This document shows positions 41,841 through 47,630 of a stretch of DNA of 47,630 bases, one piece after another. Positions within the stretch are counted from its first letter, which is position 1. Every line of letters begins with the position of its first letter. This stretch comes from Deltaproteobacteria bacterium. GTDB lineage: Bacteria; Myxococcota_A; Polyangia; JAAYKL01. The notes under the pieces were generated by a model. That model ran no database searches and had not been told where the DNA came from. It was given only the letters and a program-made list of their open reading frames with translations. Made by a program: the position numbers and the translations under genes. The stretch spans positions 1-47,630 of the forward strand of contig JAUVAN010000002.1 in assembly GCA_030591725.1 (NCBI GenBank), written 5' to 3'.

Positions 41841-44492
41841 CTACCAGAGGCAGATGTCGACGGCTGGGAGATACTCCCCGTCGTACCCTTCGCCAATCCA
41901 GATGTAATACGTTGTGTTGGGGGACACAGTCACGGAATTGGTGCTGGTACTGCCGCTGGACACACAGAAAAGCGAGGCTCCCGATGCGCAAGGGGCATCG
42001 ATTATCTCGAGAGCCAGATAGCCGCTGGAGTAACCACTCAACCAGGTAGCGTCCCAGTTGAGGGTAGTTTGCGACGGGCCGGTGGTGTACTCGATGACCT
42101 TGTCGCCACCGGTAGCGGTCATGAAGTCACAGGAGAACTGATGGCTCTCGGTTGTATCACTGACGTCTGCGGCCCAGCTCCAGCAGTCTTCGCTGCCGGT
42201 TCCCGCGTAATAACTGGAGGACCAATCCGTGGCTGCCGTCGTGCAATCGTCGCCGGTTGAGCCGACGCCACTGCCGCTACCCTCGATGTTGATGTTGTCC
42301 ACGTACCAGTGCCAGTGGTTTGCTGCGGTTGCCAGGAAATTCCACTCGAAGATCAGTGTATCTCCGGCGTATGAGCTGAGGTCGACGTTGACCGGGAAAC
42401 CGGTTATCGGAGAATCGTCAAAGGACTTTGTGTACAGCTGGGTCCACGTTGAGCCGCCGTTGGTCGAAACGTTGAGATACGCATCTCCGTTTCCGCTGAA
42501 ATCCTGAAAATTCTGATCCATATCGATGTCCCACACGTTGCATGCCGGATTGAGGTTCACCGGCCGGCTGGTGAGATCGGCATTCCATGCAATGCCACTG
42601 GTATAGTATCCTGCACCGGCAAAGTCACCGATACTACCAGTCAATAAGTGGTCCGCAGTCGATGCGTTCCAGGTAGTCCAGACTCCACCGCCTCCGGCGT
42701 TATCGGTAGTGCTCCAGCCCGTGGGCGGAACGCCGCCGTCGAATCCTTCGAACAGCGGGTTGCACGTCACAGCGAGGTTGACGTTGTCGATGGCCCAGAA
42801 CCAGCCAGTGGGACCTTCGTCAGTGTAACGCCAGCGGAACTGGACGGTCTGTCCGGCGTAGGCCACCAGATTGATGAACATGGTCTCGCCGCCGTACGGG
42901 TTGGTGGAATAGGGATCGTCCGTATTCTTGAACATGAGGTTTGTCCAGGAAGTGCCGTCGGTCGTGATGTCCAGATAGGCTTCGCCGTAAGTACCATTTA
43001 CCTGAAAATCGCTGTTGAAGCTGAGCTCCATGGGTCCGCAAGCTGCATCGATCTCCACCCACGGTGACAGCAATTCGGAATCGACCCCAGGACCTTGATA
43101 AGCAGAATTAGTCGATGCGTTTTGTCCCGTCGCGGGGACAATGTAGTTGGGCTCGGAGTGTGCGGTATTGGTATCCCATCCACCAGGTACGGTGCCGTTG
43201 TTGATCACTGTCCACAAGGACGGAATCCCGGCCTCGAAGTCTTCGAAGAGCGGGTTGCATCCGGTCAGAACGACAATCGAGGAGATATCGAGGGTGATGG
43301 TCACCGGCGTTGCAACCGGGTTGCCGCAGGTGTCCACGATTCCGGTGCCGACCGTGATGGTGTACTCGTCGCCGTCTGCCGCGCCGGAGAACGGAATGGT
43401 GTAGGTGTCGGCGCTGACGGTCGTGATGGTGCCCATGGTCCCCGAGCCGGTCACGACTGCCCAGGTGATGGTGGTGGCGTCCACGCCCGTGACATCTTCG
43501 CCGAATGTCAGGGTATAGCTGTCGGCGGTAGTGCCCGAGACGTACATCTGGTCGGTGGAGGTGACCGTCGGAGCGCCCACCACCGGGTCGATACAGGTGT
43601 CGATTGTAATGTTGATAACGACGTCCGATACGAGGGCGTTGCCGCAAGTATCGACCACGCCGGTGCCGATGGTCAGGGTGTAAACGTCACCCTCGGCCAC
43701 ACCGCTGAACGCTATGGTGTAAGTGTCTGCGCCCACCGGAGTGATAGTTCCCATGGTCCCGGAGCCGGTTGTAGCGGCCCAGGTAAGCGTGGTGGTGTCG
43801 ACGCCCGTGACATCCTCGGAGAATGTCAGGGTGTAGGTGTCGGCAGTGGTGGTCCAGACATACGCCTGGTCAGTGGAAGTGACGGTCGGATCGCCGACCA
43901 CCGGGTCGGTGCAGACGGCCACTGAGATGATGACGTCGGTGGACGTAACGGTGTTGCCGCAGGTGTCTTCCACGCCGGTCGTAACCGTCAGGGTGTACGA
44001 GTCTCCGTCTGCCAGACCGGAGAAGTCAACGTCATAGGTGGCTCCGTCGACAGCCGTGATGGCGTCGAGAGTTCCGGCGCCGGTGGTAGCGGTCCAGGTG
44101 ACGTTTGTGGTGTCCACGTTGAACACATCCTCCGAGAAAGTCAGAGTGTATGTGCTGTCGGTGGTACCCCAGGGCTCCGTGATTGTCAGGACCGAAGTAA
44201 CGGCGGGATCTCCCGCTACCGGATCGATGCACTCTCCGGTATCCGTATCAGTGTCCGTGTCTGTATCGGTATCGCTGTCGGTGTCACTATCAGTGTCACT
44301 GTCGGTGTCGCCGTCGGTGTCGCCATCCGTGTCGCCGTCGGTGTCGCCGTCGGTGTCGCCGTCGGTGTCGCCATCGGTGTCGCCATCGGTTCCACCGTCG
44401 AAGGCACTACCACCGCCATCACTACAGCCAAGCTGCACCAACCCTAGCGACAAAGTGGTAATTAGAATCAAAAATAATGCTTTTTTAGTCAT
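41841..44492 (-). CDS. Large surface lipoprotein/adhesin: (GDTD/SDTD)n tract, three Ig-like repeats, two jelly-roll (MAM / choice-of-anchor-J-like) domains, C-terminal beta domain
   Basis: MTKKALFLILITTLSLGLVQLGC is followed by SDGGGSAFDGGTDGDTDGDTD... Three ~100-aa repeats follow (C.DPV.G.PTVTS...YTLTFSEDVTGVD.TT.TWA..TGSGTMGTIT...DTCGN). Two ~170-aa domains then begin CNPLFE.F and end W.W.(I/V)DN(V/I)N(L/I). Confidence 0.75.
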   Translation of the reverse strand: MTKKALFLILITTLSLGLVQLGCSDGGGSAFDGGTDGDTDGDTDGDTDGDTDGDTDGDTDGDTDSDTDSDTDSDTDTDTDTDTDTGECIDPVAGDPAVTSVLTITEPWGTTDSTYTLTFSEDVFNVDTTNVTWTATTGAGTLDAITAVDGATYDVDFSGLADGDSYTLTVTTGVEDTCGNTVTSTDVIISVAVCTDPVVGDPTVTSTDQAYVWTTTADTYTLTFSEDVTGVDTTTLTWAATTGSGTMGTITPVGADTYTIAFSGVAEGDVYTLTIGTGVVDTCGNALVSDVVINITIDTCIDPVVGAPTVTSTDQMYVSGTTADSYTLTFGEDVTGVDATTITWAVVTGSGTMGTITTVSADTYTIPFSGAADGDEYTITVGTGIVDTCGNPVATPVTITLDISSIVVLTGCNPLFEDFEAGIPSLWTVINNGTVPGGWDTNTAHSEPNYIVPATGQNASTNSAYQGPGVDSELLSPWVEIDAACGPMELSFNSDFQVNGTYGEAYLDITTDGTSWTNLMFKNTDDPYSTNPYGGETMFINLVAYAGQTVQFRWRYTDEGPTGWFWAIDNVNLAVTCNPLFEGFDGGVPPTGWSTTDNAGGGGVWTTWNASTADHLLTGSIGDFAGAGYYTSGIAWNADLTSRPVNLNPACNVWDIDMDQNFQDFSGNGDAYLNVSTNGGSTWTQLYTKSFDDSPITGFPVNVDLSSYAGDTLIFEWNFLATAANHWHWYVDNINIEGSGSGVGSTGDDCTTAATDWSSSYYAGTGSEDCWSWAADVSDTTESHQFSCDFMTATGGDKVIEYTTGPSQTTLNWDATWLSGYSSGYLALEIIDAPCASGASLFCVSSGSTSTNSVTVSPNTTYYIWIGEGYDGEYLPAVDICLW
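44239..44390 (-). repeat. Asp-Thr/Asp-Ser/Gly-Asp-Thr-Asp tract, including tandem 12-nt gtcggtgtcgcc-type units (exact and near-exact copies)
   Basis: Translates as [52 protein letters not shown] on the minus strand. It explains the shadow ORFs 44038..44763 and 44216..44431. Confidence 0.9.
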
Positions 44493-44778
44493 CTTTCTTT
44501 CCCTTCAGTTTTATGTGGAAAAACGTTTTGTTGTTAAATGTGCTCTACTTGCGAATACGAAATTGATTTCATTATTGAAAACGCTATTTGTGCTAAATAT
44601 GCCGAAAATCGAAAAAGTCAACCGGAATATTCCGAGCAATCCCCAAAAATACATTCTCGCTGAACTGGCCGGCGCGGGATACGCGTGGTTTGCTTATTTT
44701 TTTCAGAACGAACAATGCAAAACTCGACTGAAATACTATACTCAGGTTGGGACAGGCTTTTAGTACGTGGAGAATATT

Positions 44779-45993
44779 ATGAGAAAACGAATCATTGTCT
44801 CTCTGTTCGGTGCCCTGATCGCAATGCTGGCGGCCGGCTCTATTTCGGCCGCCGAAATCAACGTGGGGCCATGGAACAACAACTATACCGGCAGCACTAC
44901 CAGAGGCTTCCACTTCACATCGCCCATTGATTTCAATATCACGGGTTTGAGAGTCCCGGTAGAAGCCGGTACCGGCGTGCAGAACATTGAGATCATGCTG
45001 TTCAACACACCTGTGCCTGCCTACTCCAGCACTTCAAACGATTTCACTTCTCTCGGCAGATGGACCAATGTGGCCGGCACCGGCTGGATCGCGTGCGATA
45101 TCGACATTCACACAGGAGACATCATCGGCATCCTGGGAGCTCGCGGCACAAGTAGCCTGAGCAATCCATATGGAGGGACTGATACATACGCCACCACCAT
45201 CGACGGCCAGGCGGTTACCCTCCACAGACTTGGAATGCAGCACAATCTCAACACCACGGCCGCCTGTGATCTCTGGACAGAGGCAACAAGCTCCTATTCG
45301 CTGGTAGAGGTGCAGTACAACGCTGGTCCTTATTGCGGTGACGGCACCACCGATTCCGGCGAGGACTGCGACGACTCCGGTGAGTCCGCCACATGCGACG
45401 CCGACTGCACTTTCGTCTCTTGTGGCGACGGCACCACCAACACCACCGCCGGCGAGGACTGCGACGACTCCGGTGAGTCCGCCACATGCAACGCCGATTG
45501 CACCACGGCGACCTGTGGCGACGGCACCACCAACACCACCGCCGGCGAGGACTGCGACGACTCCAACACCATCGACTGCGACGGCTGCCACGGCGACTGC
45601 TCTGCGGTGGAGACCGGTTGCGGCGACGGATTCATCTGCAGCCCCGAGGAGTGCGACGATCTGAACACCGCCATCGGCGACGGCTGCGACGACAACTGTG
45701 ATGTCGAAGAAGACTGGGACTGTACCGGCGAGCCCTCCACCTGCACCGAAACCGGATCGGACACAGACACAGACGCCGACACCGATTCCGACACCGATTC
45801 CGACACCGACGCCGACGCCGACACCGATTCAGACACCGATTCCGACTCCGATTCCGACTCCGATTCAGACTCCGATTCAGACGCCGATTCCGACAGCGAC
45901 ACGATGAGCCTCACAACCAACAGCTGCGCCTGCGGCATGGCGGGCGCCTCGGACAACGGCTCCGTCTTGAAAGCTATCCTCTCTCTTATCTAG
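44779..45993 (+). CDS. Secreted protein with Myxococcus-type Cys-rich repeats, C-proximal Asp-Thr/Ser tract and short Cys-containing C-terminal tail
   Basis: ATG 44779 comes 7 nt after GGAG. The signal peptide is [26 protein letters not shown]. There are four CGDG....GE(D/E)CDD....C..(D)C units (TIGR02232-like). The protein ends [16 protein letters not shown]...[37 protein letters not shown]. Confidence 0.75.
   Translation: MRKRIIVSLFGALIAMLAAGSISAAEINVGPWNNNYTGSTTRGFHFTSPIDFNITGLRVPVEAGTGVQNIEIMLFNTPVPAYSSTSNDFTSLGRWTNVAGTGWIACDIDIHTGDIIGILGARGTSSLSNPYGGTDTYATTIDGQAVTLHRLGMQHNLNTTAACDLWTEATSSYSLVEVQYNAGPYCGDGTTDSGEDCDDSGESATCDADCTFVSCGDGTTNTTAGEDCDDSGESATCNADCTTATCGDGTTNTTAGEDCDDSNTIDCDGCHGDCSAVETGCGDGFICSPEECDDLNTAIGDGCDDNCDVEEDWDCTGEPSTCTETGSDTDTDADTDSDTDSDTDADADTDSDTDSDSDSDSDSDSDSDADSDSDTMSLTTNSCACGMAGASDNGSVLKAILSLI
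45757..45903 (+). repeat. Asp-Thr/Asp-Ser tract
   Basis: Translates as [49 protein letters not shown]. It explains the shadow ORFs 45330..45956 and 45698..45907. Confidence 0.9.
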
Positions 45994-45996
45994 GAG

Positions 45997-46325
45997 CCCC
46001 CCTCATCCCGCGGGTGTCCCGCGGCGCAAGCGCCAGCCCAAAGGGCTTGGCCGAAGGTCATCCTGACCGCGCCCTCATCAGGGCGCGGACGCAAAGCGCC
46101 GGCAACCCCTCTATCCCCCCCTCATCCCGCGGGTGTCCCGCGGCGCACGCGCCAGCCCAAAGGGCTTGGCCGAAGGTCATCCTGACCGCGCCCTCATCAG
46201 GGCGCGGACGCAAAGCGCCGGCAACCCCTCTCATCAGGGCGCGGACGCAAAGCGCCGGCAACCCCTCTCATCAGGGCGCGGACGCAAAGCGCCGGCAACC
46301 CCCCTCATCAGGGCGCGGACGCAAG
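45997..46325 (+). repeat. Array of REP-like GC-rich palindromes: 119-nt unit x2, then 37-nt sub-unit x3.5
   Basis: ctcatcccgcgggtgtcccgcgg... starts at 46002 and 46121, a 119-nt period with very few mismatches between the two copies. ctcatcagggcgcggacgcaaagcgccggcaacccct starts at 46074, 46193, 46230, 46267 and 46304. Hairpins include CCGCGGG-tgt-CCCGCGG and CGCGCCC-tcatca-GGGCGCG. The array fills the whole gap between two convergent stops. Confidence 0.9.
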
Positions 46326-47192
46326 TCAGGACAAATTATGCAAAACAGGATGATTGGCCACGAAGCGGGCCACAAGGAGGGGGTTGTCGAACAACACCGG
46401 CCACAAGACAGCGGCCGCAATGCGATGATTCAATCTCTTGAGCCTGGTCCCGCGCGAGTCGGGAACCATCAGGCGAATGGAGGCGCGAATGGGTCGCGCA
46501 GGAGCAATGGACGCCGCCGCCGCGCCCAGATTCGGCTCGTTTCCATGTGACAAGTGATGGGTCTTGACCCCTTCGGCGATGAGGGAGAAAAACAACCATA
46601 CCGAACGGGTAACTTTCCATTCGCGGGCACGCTCGATGATTTTCTCCGGGAAATCGTTGACCCCATCCCGGCCTTCCGACCGCAGCAACAGATCCAGGTC
46701 GCGAACCGTTCTCTTTAGGCTCATGAGCCGGTGAATCGTCGCGTGAAAGGCGATGTGACAGAAATGATCCTCGGGCGCCAGGCGACGACATGGCGTGCCG
46801 TCGAAAGTGGACTCAAATGATCTCTCCCACAGCGCGTCGTGATCGATGACGAACCGGCCGGGCTCGAACAGATATCTATGGGGTTCGAAGAGGATCTTTC
46901 TCGTGTCGTCCACCTGAAAATAGAACCCCGCCTCGTGCGCCAGCGATTCGTCCGCGAAGTGGTCCCTTGTCTCGAACCCCAGCTCGGCCATCAGCTCCAG
47001 CGTTCGCGGCCAGTCCCGGTTTCGCACCAGGAAATCCACGTCGGACATGATGCCGCGATCCTCGTCATCGGGGTAGACGCCGGTCAGCAGGTGCGCCCCC
47101 TTGAGCGGCGCCACGTCTATCCCCTCCGCCTTCGCCACCTCCAGCAACCGCCGAAAATGATGAAACAAAATGATGTGCTGCGGATTTATCAT
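46326..47192 (-). CDS. Nucleotidyltransferase family protein (NTP_transf_5 / PF14907-like)
   Basis: The pattern ...VAPLKGAHLLTGVYPDDEDRGIMSDVDFLVRNRDW...LGF... is the family hallmark (KG..l....Y.....R...DiDlLV). An in-frame stop lies 4 codons upstream of ATG 47192. Confidence 0.65.
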   Translation of the reverse strand: MINPQHIILFHHFRRLLEVAKAEGIDVAPLKGAHLLTGVYPDDEDRGIMSDVDFLVRNRDWPRTLELMAELGFETRDHFADESLAHEAGFYFQVDDTRKILFEPHRYLFEPGRFVIDHDALWERSFESTFDGTPCRRLAPEDHFCHIAFHATIHRLMSLKRTVRDLDLLLRSEGRDGVNDFPEKIIERAREWKVTRSVWLFFSLIAEGVKTHHLSHGNEPNLGAAAASIAPARPIRASIRLMVPDSRGTRLKRLNHRIAAAVLWPVLFDNPLLVARFVANHPVLHNLS

Positions 47193-47209
47193 TGTGGGCG
47201 CTTACCGTA

Positions 47210-47378
47210 CCTCTCTTCTCCCGCGGCGTAAACGCCGCGGTCAGGATGCGCAAGCGCAATAAACGCTTGCCGTCCCTCTCTTCTCCCGCGGGTGTAAAAC
47301 CCGCGGCCACGATGCGCTGCGCGCAATAAACGCTTGCCGTTCCTCTCTTCTCCCGCGGGTATAAAACCCGCGGCCAGA
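47210..47378 (+). repeat. Array of three ~66-nt REP-like units (further hairpins continue to about 47520)
   Basis: cctctcttctcccgcgg starts at 47210, 47275 and 47342. Each unit has CCGCGG(N)-taaa-(N)CCGCGG. Units 1 and 2 also contain GCAAGCG-caataaa-CGCTTGC or a variant of it. Downstream lie the hairpins GGCC..GGCC, GCCC-ttt-GGGC and CCGCGG-N-CCGCGG. Confidence 0.85.
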
Positions 47379-47502
47379 AATGTAGAACCAAAAAGGCCTT
47401 TTGGCCTCAAGAAAGAACACTTCCCAAACAGCCCTTTGGGCCTTCATTGCCTCAGGGCGAAGCCCTTTCCGACACGAAGTGGCGTATTTCTGGCCGCGGG
47501 AT

Positions 47503-47630
47503 TTATTTCCGCGGGCCAGGCGGAGTCCGCACCCCAATCTGGAAGTGCTCGAACCCCGCGTCTTTGAGCCTTTCCGTGCTGTACTGGTTGCGCCCGTCGA
47601 AGATGACCGCGCCCTTCATGCGCTTGGCCA
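47503..47630 (-). CDS. 3' end (42 codons) of a UDP-glucose/GDP-mannose dehydrogenase-family gene; 5' part outside window
   Basis: The reverse strand reads AKRMKGAVIFDGRNQYSTERLKDAGFEHFQIGVRTPPGPRK*. The pattern ..IFDGRN.Y....l...GF.y..IG is the family C-terminus. Stop TAA is at 47505..47503. Confidence 0.55.
   Translation of the reverse strand, partial: AKRMKGAVIFDGRNQYSTERLKDAGFEHFQIGVRTPPGPRK

Noticed and set aside
3761-45956. ORFs made of SVSESV, IPIPTP or RIPTRI repeats (3761..4153, 3934..4332, 7081..7506, 7145..7426, 7235..7489, 44038..44763, 44216..44431, 45330..45956, 45698..45907).
   Set aside because: They are alternative-frame or antisense readings of the Asp-Thr/Asp-Ser codon tracts and have no independent coding evidence.
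46014-46550. ORFs 46014..46550 and 46133..46441 (plus strand) and 46058..46261 (minus strand) crossing the repeat array. Also 47065..47391, 47189..47410, 47241..47537 and 47334..47567.
   Set aside because: They run through tandem REP-like palindromes. Their proteins are just translated repeats (SRGASASPKGLAEGHPDRALIRARTQSAGNPS twice). They have no RBS and no plausible fold.
46193-47378. Possible CRISPR arrays, considering the 37-nt and ~66-nt repeats.
   Set aside because: The 37-nt units are directly contiguous with no unique spacers. The ~66-nt units are whole-unit duplications whose between-hairpin parts are also conserved. No cas genes are present.
1-47630. tRNA, rRNA, tmRNA, riboswitches, integrases, transposases and prophage genes.
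   Set aside because: I scanned the intergenic regions longer than 100 nt (1058..1166, 5190..5374, 12950..13112, 20988..21122, 30126..30273, 31456..31630, 38198..38352, 41614..41840, 44493..44778, 45994..46325 and 47193..47502). I saw no cloverleaf-like or conserved RNA motifs and no mobile-element protein signatures. Absence cannot be proven without Infernal or tRNAscan.

Overview
GC-rich bacterial chromosomal segment with about 40 protein-coding genes. I recognised no rRNA, tRNA, CRISPR array, transposase or phage genes. By inference only, the gene content points to a Myxococcota-like (deltaproteobacterial) lineage: an MglA-family GTPase, Myxococcus-type Cys-rich repeats, a Ser/Thr kinase-receiver fusion, FHA, PilZ and HD-GYP proteins, a giant coiled-coil protein and many lipoproteins. 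Recognisable housekeeping genes are obg, rpe, coaD, rsmD, a phoH-like gene, a short transaldolase/F6P aldolase, a Nudix hydrolase, an MBL-fold hydrolase, a soluble lytic transglycosylase, an L,D-transpeptidase and the 3' end of a UDP-glucose dehydrogenase-like gene. The accessory content is more unusual. (1) Five unrelated secreted proteins each carry a long Asp-Thr/Asp-Ser tract next to their predicted membrane-attachment end. One of them (complement 1..1057) is absent from the supplied ORF track. (2) A tightly coupled minus-strand chain encodes a PilZ protein, an unknown protein, an orphan FliH/SctL-like protein and an M50 site-2 protease. (3) An MglA paralog has non-canonical residues at catalytic positions and a long C-terminal extension, and abuts obg. 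(4) A DUF885-like lipoprotein contains a ~200-aa Lys/Glu/Ala repeat insertion. (5) A 1273-aa coiled-coil protein has DNA-level heptad and 49-codon repeats. (6) An intact antitoxin gene is followed by a decayed ParE/RelE toxin remnant. (7) A family of REP-like GC-rich palindromes is both dispersed and arrayed on the two flanks of a nucleotidyltransferase gene. Many long track ORFs are antisense or frame-shifted shadows of these genes. All family assignments come from motif recognition by eye and need profile searches to confirm.
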